Shown here one piece after another: positions 1 to 12,622 of a stretch of 64,000 nucleotides of DNA. Origin of the DNA: Aplysia californica (Eukaryota). A program made the translations under genes and the position numbers. Location: NCBI RefSeq assembly GCF_000002075.1, contig NW_004797271.1:879204-943203 (forward strand). Direction: 5' to 3'. The notes under the pieces were generated by a model, which was given only the letters and a program-made list of their open reading frames with translations, searched no databases and was not told the origin of the DNA. Within the stretch, counting starts at the first letter, position 1. Every line of letters starts with the position of its first letter.

Positions 1-616
1 CACACACACACACAGACACTTGCACACACACACACACACACGCGCGCGCGCAGACACACACATGCGCGCAGACACACACATACAGAGGCACTGACACACA
101 TATACACCCACTCAGAAGCGCACACAGGCACAGACACACAGCCACACACACACACAGACTCAGAGACACATACAGACACTCACACAGACAAACACAAAGA
201 CACGCACACAAACACTCATACACACATGCAAACTCAGGCTTATACACATACAGATGGACAGACACACACACACATGCACACAAACTCACATACACACAGA
301 CATTTACAGACACACTGACACAAACACGCACACACACACACGCATACACACACATACCCACACACAAACACACACACACATGCACACACACACGCACACT
401 ACAGACACACACACACCCTCTCTCTCTCATTTTCGTTCGCTCGTTCTTTCTGTGCACGTGTGTGTTGTGTATAATGTGTGTGTGAGTGAGTTTTTGTTTG
501 TGTGTGTTTGTGTGTTTGAATCTGTATGTGCGTGTGTGTGTGTTTTTGTGTGTAAGTATTCTGTCTGTGAGTGTGAGTATGTGAGCGTGAGTCTGTGTGT
601 TTGTTTGAGTGAGTCT

Positions 617-689
<73 letters not shown>

Positions 690-1455
690 AGCCTGAGTGT
701 ACACGTGTGTACGACTGTTTGTTTGTGTGTGTGTGTGTGAGTGTGTTTGGGGGTGTGTGGTGTGTCTGTGTGTCTTTGTGTGAGTGTGTGTCTGTATGTT
801 TGTTTGTGTGAGTCTGTATGTGTGCATGGGTGAGAATATGTATGTGTGTGTGAGAGAGTGTGTGTGCATGTGTGTTTGTGTGTGTGTGTGTGTGTGTTTA
901 AGCCTGTGTGTGNNNNNNNNNNNNNNNNNNNNNNNNNNNNNNNNNNNNNNNNNNNNNNNNNNNNNNNNNNNNNNNNNNNNNNNNNNNNNNNNNNNNNNNN
1001 NNNNNNNNNNNNNNNNNNNNNNNNNNNNNNNNNNNNNNNNNNNNNNNNNNNNNNNNNNNNNNNGTGTGTCTGTTTGTGTGTGAGTGTATATTTGTGTGAG
1101 TCTGTGTGATTGTGTCTGTGTGTGTCTCTGTGTATGCGTCTTTATGTGTATGTGTCTGTATCTGTGTGTGTGCGTCTTTATGTGTATGTGTCTGTATCTG
1201 TGTGTATGTGTCTTTATGTGTATGTCTCTGTGTATGCGTCTCTATGTGTTTGTGTCTGTATCTGTGTGTGTGTCTTTATGTGTATGTGTCTATCTGTNNN
1301 NNNNNNNNNNNNNNNNNNNNNNNNNNNNNNNNNNNNNNNNNNNNNNNNNNNNNNNNNNNNNNNNNNNNNNNNNNNNNNNNNNNNNNNNNNNNNNNNNNNN
1401 NNNNNNNNNNNNNNNNNNNNNNNNNNTGTGTGCATCTGTGTGTGTGCGTCTTTAT
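1..1455. repeat. (CA)n/(TG)n-rich microsatellite and low-complexity block with assembly gaps
   Basis: CA-rich 1-420 switches to TG-rich 450-1455; N gaps at 913-1063, 1298-1426 and 1456-1914. ORF-track hits here are HT/CV artefacts. Confidence 0.95.
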
Positions 1456-2449
1456 NNNNNNNNNNNNNNNNNNNNNNNNNNNNNNNNNNNNNNNNNNNNN
1501 NNNNNNNNNNNNNNNNNNNNNNNNNNNNNNNNNNNNNNNNNNNNNNNNNNNNNNNNNNNNNNNNNNNNNNNNNNNNNNNNNNNNNNNNNNNNNNNNNNNN
1601 NNNNNNNNNNNNNNNNNNNNNNNNNNNNNNNNNNNNNNNNNNNNNNNNNNNNNNNNNNNNNNNNNNNNNNNNNNNNNNNNNNNNNNNNNNNNNNNNNNNN
1701 NNNNNNNNNNNNNNNNNNNNNNNNNNNNNNNNNNNNNNNNNNNNNNNNNNNNNNNNNNNNNNNNNNNNNNNNNNNNNNNNNNNNNNNNNNNNNNNNNNNN
1801 NNNNNNNNNNNNNNNNNNNNNNNNNNNNNNNNNNNNNNNNNNNNNNNNNNNNNNNNNNNNNNNNNNNNNNNNNNNNNNNNNNNNNNNNNNNNNNNNNNNN
1901 NNNNNNNNNNNNNNTCTAAATTTCTACACACATAGTGGCAGCAAACTTCAAAGGGATTCTGTGCCCCATCTGCCGTCTCCGAATTTTGACTTTTCAATAA
2001 GGCATATGGCTAAGTACATTTCTAAAGAGATCGCCGACACTACGCCTTTTTTTTTGTGCCAGCGACTAAAAAAAGGCGTTCTGTCAGCGAACGTCTAAAA
2101 GAAGGCGTTCTTGTTAAAACGCCTTGTGTAAGGCAAAGCTGACAAAACGCCTTTTTTCGTGATTATTGTGTGGTAGTTGTTTACCTAACAGTCCAGTAAT
2201 TATTTACGTAACTGTATGGGGGTCATTCACATTACAGTGTGGTAGTTGTTTACACTAGACAGTCCAGTGATTATTAACGTTGTAACAGTATGGTGGTCAT
2301 TTACATGATAGTACAGTGGGTGTTTACAACGATAGAATTATTGTGGTCATTTTCATGACAGTACAGTGGTTGTTTATGTGAAAGTTTGTTGGTCAGTTTT
2401 CTGTACATTCTAGGCCTTGCTTTACAGTATGATGGTCACTTACTTCTTT

Positions 2450-2630
2450 GCGGAGTGGTTGGCGGGTGCTCTGGTGTGGTTTGCTCCTTTTTTCCTATCA
2501 AACATCTATCATCCTTATCTCTCCTCCTCCTTTTTTTTGTTTGTTATTATCTTGTAACACTTCTAATCTACGGAAATCATGTGACCTTATTGTATTGCAA
2601 GTGCTGTGAAACTCTTCTTACTAAAACTTA
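2450..2630 (+). mobile_element. ~180 bp short retroposon (SINE-like family A) with 12-bp TSD
   Basis: Flanked by ACTTACTTCTTT at 2438-2449 and 2631-2642. Related copies at ~7323-7490(+), ~19385-19570(-), 20018-20188(-), ~60022-60200(-), ~60270-60390(-); partials at ~26560, ~38285 and ~44545. Confidence 0.8.
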
Positions 2631-2651
2631 ACTTACTTCTTTACATTCCAG

Positions 2652-5600
2652 GCTTTACATGACAGTACAGTGGTAGTCAGTATCCTGGAGTCTTATCTCC
2701 ATGACCGCTCCACCAGTCTACAGAAGCTTAACTCGTACTACCCGTGTTTGACAGAAAAAGTGGGCAGGAAGACGAAGTACGATTTTCCCAACAAGTATTT
2801 TGTCATGTTCCAGGAGAAGGCCGACCTGGGCTCTACTGCTAAGGAGAGAAGGTGGGGGATGATTTTGTGTGTCTGTGTGTGTATGTGTTAATATGTATGT
2901 ATTTGTATGTCAGTGTCTGTATGTGTTCAATTTTGTGTGTATATATATATTTTTTGGGGGGGGTGGGTGTTATCTGGATTCTGTGGTTAAGGGAAAAAGG
3001 TGGGGGATGTTTTTTTGTGTTTGTATATGTGTTAATGTGTTTTTAATGTCAGTGTCTGTATGTGTTTAATTATGTGTGTATATATTTGGGTGTGATCTGG
3101 ATTCTGTGGTTAAAGGGAAAAGGTGGGGGGTGTTTTTTTGCGTTTCTGTATTTAAGTCTGTATTTGTATGTATTTATGTGTTTGTGTCTTTGTGTTTAAA
3201 CCGGATAGTGATCATGTATTTGTATGTATTTATGTGATTGTGTCTTTGTGTTTAAACCGGATAGTGATCAATTACAAGAGATTTAAAGTCAAACTCATAT
3301 CCAAGACCCCCCTCCCCCTCCCAACCCGCTCATTGATTTTTGGTATGGTTAAATACATTTTAAACATAGGAGTTATTATTATTGTTAGGTACAGATTTCA
3401 TTTTTTCAAAATGGAGCCTTCACGTAGACAATAATAACAGAAATAGCTAATGAGAAGAATGTGCTAAAAAAAAATACAGTGCAGCCTCTCTTTAACAACC
3501 TTCGATTTTACGACATCCTCAATATAACGACACGGTGCCTGGGTCCCGATTTTTTCTCAAGTTATATACCATTGATAATTTTTGGTTGCCTTTCTATTAC
3601 GACAACTCTCTGTAACAACATTTTTTTCTGGTCCCGACGATGTTGCTATAGAGAGGCTACACAGTAATCAAAATCCGCCTGATGGAACTCAAGCTTAGGT
3701 GTGTATGAAAACAAAAAAACATGTAGATACCTAGATGCTAGATTTTTATCTGACCAAGATATATAGGTTTGCTTGGCATTTAATTGGCTTACACAAAGGA
3801 AAGCAACTTAAACGATTTATTATGAGAGCATTCTGACTAATGACCAGTTGATTAAGAGCATTATAAAAAAACAACTAACATAACCTAATAATAATAATAA
3901 TATAGCTTTCAGTGTGAGAGTCTAGCAGCGTGCGGCACAGTTTGACCATGGTTCCCCTGAGACACGGCTGTTCCCGAGCCGAGCACTTAGTTACCTGAGG
4001 AATTGACCCGGTCAGCCATGCCGCACGCGGGTGGTCAGGGAGGTCACTTTGACCTTTGCTCTACGAGTGAACTGTTTTGACTTAACAATTTTCATACAGT
4101 TTAATATCGTCATTGTGGCTTTGCCCACAGACAAATCAAAGTCAAAATACTATCAACAGATAGAGGCATTCTTGAGCTTTACAGCAAATAACTTTTTATC
4201 GATATTCATAGGTGGGCACCCTTTAAAACATGGCGCAATTGAGGGCAACTTTGAGGGAAATTTTTTAATGGGTCTACTTTTTAAAATAACGATATTTTAA
4301 AATGTGAACCCCAGATCTATAAAACAATCAGTGGTATACAACAGTGACATGATAAGCTTTCAGAAACACTTACTTTTGGCTCGATTGGTTCAGAAACGTG
4401 AAAATTGTAGAAGATTTACTACTGTTTAGCTCATGAAATGAGAGATTTTTCGTTGTCTCCTCACAGTTCTAGCAGAAATGGTTAAATTGTAGAAGGTTCA
4501 CTGCTATCCAATTCATGAAACAGGAGTTATTTCCTCTTTGTCTTCTCACAGCTAGAGCTGTTTTCACTTTCACGAACACAAATATGAATACTCACAACAA
4601 GAAATGCAAAAGTGTCTTTGAGTTCTAAGGCTAGTTGTCTTCCTCTTCTTTCCCTTCAGTAACAGATTTCAACTGCTTCCCTTTTCCCTTAATTCCCATT
4701 GTCCTCTTCTCCAGTTTTGCGATGCTGAAGTGAACAAGTTCGCCATCTTCCTCGCTCGCTCATTCAACCTAGATCTAGGCCAAATCCATATCAACTGCGT
4801 AGCGAGTGTTTCTTCTAAATGAGACAATGGTTGTGTAATAGGTCTCTGAAGTGCATGCTGTAGTGATGTGTCTTCAAACTGCGTGAAAGGAGATGTTGCA
4901 TTGTCTTTGAACTCTTTCTGTATACGTTTGGATGTTGAAGTCGCGGCTGGGGTCTCAAGGGTTAGATCTCTGTGTGGGGAATTCACTGGTGATATTTCTA
5001 GTGATGATTGATCTACTGTGGATGTCTGTCGAGTACTGTCATGTGATGGTTTGTCTGCTGTAATTACATGGGTCGGTGTTTCAACAGATGGAGGCTCTGG
5101 TGGGTCTTTTGAGCAAGACGGTGTTTGATGTTCTTTTCTAATACAATCTTTATTTTGAAGTGTGCAAAGAGAACACACAGGGCAAACATCTACTGTTTTA
5201 TTTTGATCGAAAGGTGTCCAGATGTGTAAACTTTCTTCAATACTTTTTTGCGCAGCAGCTAGGGTTGCTTCTCAAATTTTCAAGGTGTATATGCGCTGTA
5301 GGCCTACACATTTGTTGCACAGTGTACAGGATGTGTGTCTGCACTATCCCAGTCCACGTTCACATGATAGAGAACGAGAATCGAGTACGTCATTCTTAAA
5401 ATTTACACAAAAATATTTGCTCTAGTTTGCCTTCTTAACCTTTTGACTTTTGTCCTCGCACGTTCTACACAATTTTTAAAACACTCAAGGTGTAGTTCCC
5501 ACGTGTGTTCCATTTTCACTCTGGTAGCAAACTCTCGTAACACGCGTCGACACAGAATCCGCGAAAGTGAAAGCGGGACCTCGGGTGAATACCGTACGGG

Positions 5601-8600
5601 CAGCACGGCGGCCAGGAAAATATTACAGGGTGAAGTAACAAAACTCGCCGTCCTGCTAAAGTTTTTAACCAATCAAAACAATTTTTTCACAAATAACCCC
5701 TTTACTGACTCTTAATACAGCAGATAAAAAACTGGTTACAATCTGAAGTTCATGAATGGAAAAAAAATCCTGATTTTGAAGGAATCCGAGAAATACATGC
5801 ACCACAAGGTAGGGTTAAGTACAGAGGCAATGTGTGTTCACGATTACAACTAAAACCAAACTAAGGGATGCGTATGATTGGGGAGAATCTGAGCTTTCAT
5901 TTGATACCTCACACACCCATAGTGATAGATAAGAAAGGACATTTAGAGGGGTCTAAATCAAGTGAAAATTACACTTTCCAACCGAAATCGGCTAACAGCG
6001 CTATCGCTCAGGAAGGGACGTGTGGCCCGGCTGTCAGGTGGGATTATGACCGCGGGAGGTCAGCGGACAGGTGAAACTAAGTGCTCCGCAAGGATAGTAG
6101 AACTGAACAGCCGTGGTGAAAGAGAGGGCTTCTATTAGGCATGCTGTGCTGCCTCCATTCTATTTTTCACCTCCTTGGTCGGCCCTGACAAACAGGGTTG
6201 AAGCAGTCGGCGTCCCAAGTGATCTAATTTGTGTGGATGGGGTGGGGGTGGGGGGGTGTGTTAAATAGATAGTTTCTGAAAGAAATGATTTTTGTTCTGT
6301 TTGTAGCGAGGAGCGCAAGTGGCGTAAATGGGCCGACGATCACATGGTCCACATGCTGTCCCCCAACGCCTACCGCACGATGCGAGAGTCGCTGCAGTCC
6401 TTCAACTACTTCTCCGAGGTCGGGGAGTGGGAAAAGAACTTCTCCTTCTTTGAGCGGATGATGGTCATTTATGTAGGGGCAGCCGTTATGTATGTCATGG
6501 GGATCATCCTCAAGTACAAGTAAGTCTGTGTGGTATGAGTTCGATTCTAGTATGGGGATGTTATTTTTAATCCTGTGTCTCTGTCTGTCAATAGGGATGT
6601 TGTATCGTATTCAGTTCAGGTTGGTTGCGAAGCATCCCACCTCCTAAATTATCTGAATTGTGTTGATGGGGATGTAAAGCATTATGATCTTTTGTTTTAG
6701 AAATGCTTTTTCTCTTCTGGAATTCATGTATTCTGCTTGGAAGCTTCTAAAAGTAAGTTTTTAAATTGATTAATATACACAGTATGCCTTACTTTGTACG
6801 AGAGAGCCAGCGTTATTTGAATATATGCTTGTGTTTTGTTAGTCTGTATTTGCTGTGTTTCGTGTGCCACATATTTGTATGTCAGCGTGTATGCCACTAC
6901 ACGCTGTATGCTGTATTCCACAGATGTATGTATATGTTAGTCTGTGTGTCACTACACGCTTTGCTCCATGTTGTATAGGTGCGTTTGTTAGCCTGTGTGT
7001 CACTACATACTGTTTTCCGTGTTCCACAGGTATGAGCTTAAGGACGACGTACGTCAGTCTCTCTACGACGCCTGTAATGAATGGGTCAAGGCCATTGGAA
7101 AGAACAAACAGTTCATGGGAGGCAACCAACCGAATTTAGCAGATTTGGTGAGTTCTCTGCCCTTCCATCCACAATGGCAAAAGAGGTTGAGCATCGTTCT
7201 TCCTCTTTATATGATGACACATATTATTATGATAGCCTTACAGCCAATGAATGAAGGGGCTGATGGTGTTCTATAGTTCTCTATAGAAGTTTCTCCTATG
7301 TGTGTTTGTATTTCTGTTTGGATGATTGACGGGTGCTCTGGTGTGGTTTTGCTCCTTCTTCCCTATCAAATATCTATCGTCCTTATCTCTCTTCCTTTTT
7401 TGTGTTTGTTAATCTTGTAACACCTCTAATCTTTGGCATTTATATGACCTAATTGTGTTGCAAGAGCTGCAAAACGCTTACTAAAACAAAACAAAGTTGT
7501 ATATCTGTAGTCGTTCTTGTAGCATCTGTCACCTGTAAGCTTGTATTTCTACAGTCATTCTGTGGTGGCCAGCTAATAGCACAATGTTTAAAAGCACGAT
7601 CCGCCTTATGCTGGCAGCATAAAACCAAAGTTTTCCTTTGTAAAATGATCACTCGTAAGTGCACATTCCAAATTGACAACTCTGTCTCATAGTATGATTG
7701 TTCCTACATTAGTGTCAGAAATAGATCAGCCATTAAATAATTGTTTCACTCGGAACTGTTTGAAGCAAAGCAAACACCACATCTCTTTCTCTCTTGCCCT
7801 TTTTAACTCCCAGTGGAGCGTAGGCCATCAACAACATTTCTCCAGTGTCCTGTGCTTCCTTTTCTGTCTGTTTCCATGATGTCCCAGCCTTTTCTATTTC
7901 CGCATGTACCGCTTGCCTCCATGTAATCTTTGGTCTTCCTTTCTAACATTTTCCTTTTGGATTCTACGTCTAAGCTTGTCTGATGATGCTTGTCGGGGGT
8001 CTCCTCAGGGTGTGCCCAATCCATTTCCATTTCTTCACCTGTATGTCATCCTTTTCTTGCCTTTGGCTTGTTCTTTCCCACAGTTGAGCATTTGTGACTC
8101 GATTGTGCCACTTGATCCCCACTATAACACCAAATGCCCTTCTTTATTATTATAGAAATTGTGGCTTTGCCGGGTAGAAGTTTTCAGACAAAAATGCGCA
8201 GTGGGGAAAGCCAGTGACTGGCCAAACGCGATGGGCGGACAGTAGGAGAGGGCTGTGCCACAATATGACGGTCACTGTCTAAACATGATGAGCGGACAGT
8301 ATGAGGAGAGGGCTCTGCCATAATACAGTATAACACGGATAGTTCGAACGTAGAAGACTGGAAATCACACAAATGTTGAACTGTGCCTGGGGTCCCGGTT
8401 TTTTTTCTCCTTCTCTATCTTTGTAAGATATTCCTTGATCTGTGTTATATATACTGAATATATGAATATGTTTTACACTTGTTACATATAGCTGTATTTT
8501 AAAAACATTTTGTATATTCGTGCCAGGCGGTGTATGGAGTACTCAATTCTATCGAGGGCTGTGCTGCCTTCCAGGACGCGCTGAAGAACTCCAAGATTGG

Positions 8601-8709
8601 GCCCTGGTACCGCAGGACGAAGGACATGGTAGCCTCACACCAAGGTGCGAACCCGCTGCACTCCAAGACACAGCCCAGTGAGACGCACATAGCGCAGGGG
8701 AAGGTTTAA
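2652..8709 (+). CDS. PTGES2: Prostaglandin E synthase 2 (mPGES-2), 3' coding exons: 2652-2851, 6307-6519, 7030-7147, 8527-8709 (TAA); 5' exons upstream of the window or in gaps
   Basis: GT-AG boundaries with consistent phases (0/2/2/0). Spliced translation ALHDSTVVVSILESYL...NKYFVM...EERKWRKWADDHMVHMLSPNAYRT...[48 protein letters not shown]...IGPWY resembles the recalled human PTGES2 C-terminal half ([39 protein letters not shown]). Confidence 0.93.
3477..3664. mobile_element. Short Tc1/mariner-type MITE
   Basis: TA|CAGTGCAGCCTCTCTTTAACAAC ... GTTGCTATAGAGAGGCTACACAG|TA; imperfect TIRs with TA TSD. Confidence 0.7.
3963..6115 (-). mobile_element. Chapaev-like (CMC) DNA transposon, internally deleted, with decayed transposase N-terminus
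   Basis: Termini CACGGCTGTTC...GAGCACTTAGTT / AACTAAGTGCTC...GAACAGCCGTG; flanks GAGA/GTGA (possible 4-bp TSD with one mismatch). The frameshifted minus-strand ORF from ATG 5513 reads H-LECF-K-LCRTC...VDWDSADTHP..LCNKC...IWTPF...CPVC (Chapa-type zinc motif) and continues into ORF 4669-5178. Confidence 0.7.
7800..8130 (-). mobile_element. RTE-clade LINE 3' fragment
   Basis: Minus-strand degenerate translation KWKWIGHTLRRP...QA*T*NPKGK...GRPKITWRQ, a typical post-RT C-terminus of RTE LINEs. Confidence 0.8.
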
Positions 8710-8754
8710 GGGGGGGATACATGTTGTTGTGGTTGAATTGTGGGTGTCTGTGAG

Positions 8755-8870
8755 AAAGGAGAGTGAGAAGAGACTCGGAGAGAGAGAGAGAGAGAGGAAG
8801 AGGGATAGAGAGAGATTGAGAGAAATCAAGGAAGAAGGCAGATAGAAATCGAGAGAGAGAGTGAAAGAGA

Positions 8871-8911
<41 letters not shown>

Positions 8912-8993
8912 GGGAAGAGGGATAGACAGAGATTGAGAGAAATCAAGGAAGATAGAAATCTAGTGAGAGAGTGTGTATGTGTGTGTGTGTGTA

Positions 8994-9037
<44 letters not shown>

Positions 9038-9045
9038 TGTGTGTG
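8755..9045. repeat. (GA)n/(GT)n compound microsatellite downstream of the PTGES2 stop
   Basis: Directly visible; includes a ~120 bp duplication. Confidence 0.9.
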
Positions 9046-9421
9046 CATGCATGCGTATAGGTGCATTTTTTTGTATATGTCAAAAAAAGAGAGAGAAGGT
9101 GGGTTGTCTGACGCGTTACAGAGGGAGTGGCGCATCATCTGGCTCAGACGTGTTGCCATAGCTTTGCTGACCTTGCTAGTATAGGAATGAACAGGAGTAC
9201 ATTCCTTTGTTGTATGGACAAACATGCATGTGTTTTGCTGTATGAACAAACACATGTTGTGTTTTTGTTTTGTTGAATGAACAATCAGGTGTGTGATGTT
9301 TTGTTGTATGAACAAACACATGTTGTGTTTTGTTTTGTTGTATGAGCAAACACACATATTTTGTTTTGTTGTATGAACAATATGGTGTGTGATGTTTTGT
9401 TGTATGAACAAACACATATAT

Positions 9422-9856
9422 GTGAGGCAGCGTGGTGGAATCAGGCTCTCATCAAAATAATCAAAGTGAACAAACTTGCATTTGTTCGCAGGCTTGTGAA
9501 TTTTTATCAAATTTTTGTTTTTTGGCTCAACACCTTTCATGCTCATTAAAGAAATCATTTCTGTATGAGTTTTTCTGAAAAACGTTGATTAAAGGCACAA
9601 AAAATGTAAATTTTCAGTTATCACGGACTCTTAAGCTAAGGAAATAACTAATCTTTGGCGGCCATTTTCTCATTAATTTTACCTCTGAAAACAGGTGACC
9701 CCCACCTCTTTCTTTTACAAATATCTTGACTTGTATTCAAGATAAATGGATATTTTTAAAATCCAAATAAACACAAGTGAACAACCTTTAAGATTATACC
9801 AATAACTCTACATGCCCAAAAATTGACGAGCGCCTGATTCCACCACGCTGCTTCAC
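9422..9856. mobile_element. TIR MITE inserted in a ~40-bp minisatellite (9205-9965)
   Basis: GTGAGGCAGCGTGGTGGAATCAGGCTC ... GAGCGCCTGATTCCACCACGCTGCTTCAC, flanked by ATAT on both sides. Confidence 0.8.
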
Positions 9857-10356
9857 ATATGTTCTTTTGTTATATATGGACAAACACATGTTGGTTGTTT
9901 TGTTTTGTTGTATGGACAAACATGTGTGTGTGTGTGTGTGATGTTTTGTTGTATTATGGACAAACATTTTGTAATGTTATTTTGTTGAAGCTGAAGGGAA
10001 ATGACCTTAGTGATTGTTTATCTTCCTGAAACATTTGTTGTATGAGAATCGTAGGTGTGGGCTGAATGAAAGTTTTCCTTTTGTTTTTGACACAGGAGTG
10101 TAACCCGACCCCTTTTTTGTCAGAGAAATGTCCTGGATGATTCAAGGAAAATAAATGCTATTCAATCTGTAATTTTCAAAGTAATGTTTTTGTTCTTTAT
10201 GCTATATTTGCACATTTGTCTCGTTTTGTTTCCAATCATCTGTAATTTTACGGAAATCAATACATCGAAAAAATGTATGCTAAAGTCAAGAATAAATGGA
10301 GGTGGTGTTTGGGAGTTGTGACAGTGACATTCAATATTTGAAAGCGAAAACACATA

Positions 10357-11164
10357 CAGTGGAACTCTGATTCAACGAGAACTCGGATTCAACGAGATGG
10401 GATAAATTCCCCGTTTTTTTCTTCTTTAAAATCAATAAAAGTAACCCGGATTCAACAAGCACTTAAATCAGCTAGCTCGAATTCAACGAGGTCGCTTCCA
10501 GGGTGAACAGCCCCCGCAGACGTGGCTTCGCTCATTTTTCTCCCACAACGAACTTTATCTATTCCCGGAAACCATCCATTGCAACTGCATCGTGAACCAA
10601 TATTCACTTAACCGGTTGCATACGACCAATCAGCGGCCTTTTTACATACCAACACATGCGTTGTTGGCTCGCGCACGAGTCTACTCTGGCGTGTGTCGGG
10701 GTCGGATGGGTGGCCTGCACACGTGTGTGCGTTGGGGAGGGGGGAGTGGCACTAGCGGTCCGGGCGTTGAACGTCGCAGACACAAACGCGTCACAGTCTT
10801 TTTTTTCCTCGGCAACGGATCATTATTACAATGATAAGCTAGTCTTGATGTAGATCTCCGTAATGAATTGTGGGCTGATCTATAGAATCTAAAGTTGCCG
10901 TATGCTAGGCTCTACACAGCAACGCTACTTTGTGGTAAACAATTGAGTGACACAGGGGTGCATTTGAACGAATCGCTCTTTTTTTTTTTTACACAGCTCA
11001 TAATATGCAGGCATATCAGGCACTACTTGTGACCACTCTATACATTACTTGCTCAGTGCCTGTGTAATTATCTACACAAAACCTTGTGTTTGCTATAACG
11101 AACACTCGGATTCAATGAGATTTTAGGTCAGGCCCAGCGACCTCGTTGAATCCAAATTCCACTG
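10357..11164. mobile_element. Tc1/mariner (pogo/Tigger-like) MITE
   Basis: TA|CAGTGGAACTCTGATTCAACGAG ... CTCGTTGAATCCAAATTCCACTG|TA, with subterminal GATTCAACGAG repeats. Confidence 0.85.
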
Positions 11165-12622
11165 TACACACTGGGTGATTGTATGGTCAAGATTGAAGTC
11201 CCCGAATTTGCCTGCTATATTGATGTGATGACGAATTGAATAATACTGACAATGGAAAGGGGAACTTGATTTTAAACATTATCAGCAAGGGAAAGATGAA
11301 TGAGCAAAGAATTTGGATCAAACAAAATGAGCTCTTAGCGAAAAAAGTAGGTACTATGGGCTGTTGGCAGTCTTTTCAAATGCCATTTTCAAACCTGTTC
11401 AAACACATTTCAATTTCTTAGGGAGATTTTTATGTCCTCATCGACGCTGCTATCATGCACAGATAGCTCTAACATGCAAATCTCAAATTCATGAATACCT
11501 CATACTTTATTATTATTGGCAGCATTATGTTCTGGAGCATCTGCACGGATGTCTCAAACAGCTATCTCGAAAAGCCCCATCAAATTTTTCCTTACCTCAG
11601 CCTGAAATTGCCCTGTGCGCAAGAGGGAAAGTAAACACACTTATCGCTATTGAGAGTACCGGTATCAGGTTACCTGAGCCTATCAGACTCGCCTTTGCAC
11701 AGCATAATACTCACACTGCTGGTATTGAGATGCGTCATCGATCAGTAACTGTAGTGGACAAAAAGGCACTAGAACTTTCTTGAATGTTGTCATCATATGA
11801 GGGTAGATACCTGGTGGTGTGGTGTGTTAGAAGATAGACAATGTGGCACTGCATTGGGTCATATGTTGCGAGAATGACATTTGTTTGTGTGTTGGTGAAT
11901 GTTTGTATTGCAGTTGCGAGTGCCGTAAAACACCCCAAAAAAAAGAAGAAAAAGGAATGTGTGTATGGTTGTTTGAATGTGAAAGTATAGATCAGGAAGC
12001 AATTTCACAAGAGGGGTAGGTGGCGTGCTCCGACCAATGTTGGTTACATCATCAAGATCGTGATCTGAAGTTACAGCAATTTTTAAAAAGTCATAGGGCT
12101 CATCAGCATCAGTCTCTTCCATTCTCTTGCTCCACCATCGAACAAGTTTCAACAAGGCACAAGCATTATCCATCCTCCAATCTTTTCCTCAATACCGGGT
12201 TCTTTTCATGATGGCTGTGCTGAGAGAGATACAAAGTCCCAGAAGAAAGACAGAAATACTTGATAAACAATTCACAAACTCATGTGTTCTGCATGTGATA
12301 GCAAAGCTCGTAACTATTACACCACAGACACCTGTGTTTCTGTGCAAAGGAATGAACACACCTTTGATAGAAGTCAGTTTAATTTTGTCTGAATTTATTA
12401 CAAATGACAAAATAGAACAAATAAATGGGGAACCTTTTTTCTTATGATTTACAGTAATTTACTGCTGTTTCGGTTTAAACGTGTTCGATTTAAGAAGACT
12501 ACAGTATGCATCCAACCATTATTTTCTGGAATGTCATGTCCTTCTCATGTGTTAGGCAGGGTCAAAGCAGCCTATCCTTTATATTGATCTAAATTGTGTT
12601 GATGTGGGCAGAAAACATTGTA

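Noticed and set aside
254-2098. Long ORFs in the ORF track
   Set aside because: Translations of CA/TG microsatellites and N gaps.
3963-6115. RAG1/ProtoRAG locus
   Set aside because: Termini are CACGG rather than RSS-like CACAGTG with a nonamer; no RAG1 core or RAG2 sequence is visible.
8635-9558. 307 aa minus-strand ORF
   Set aside because: Runs through microsatellite and minisatellite antisense to the PTGES2 3' end; low complexity.
11170-12450. Coding-looking stretch (ORFs of 104-139 aa) as a possible endogenous viral element or retrocopy
   Set aside because: No recognisable motif, splice structure or termini; a tBLASTx search would be needed.
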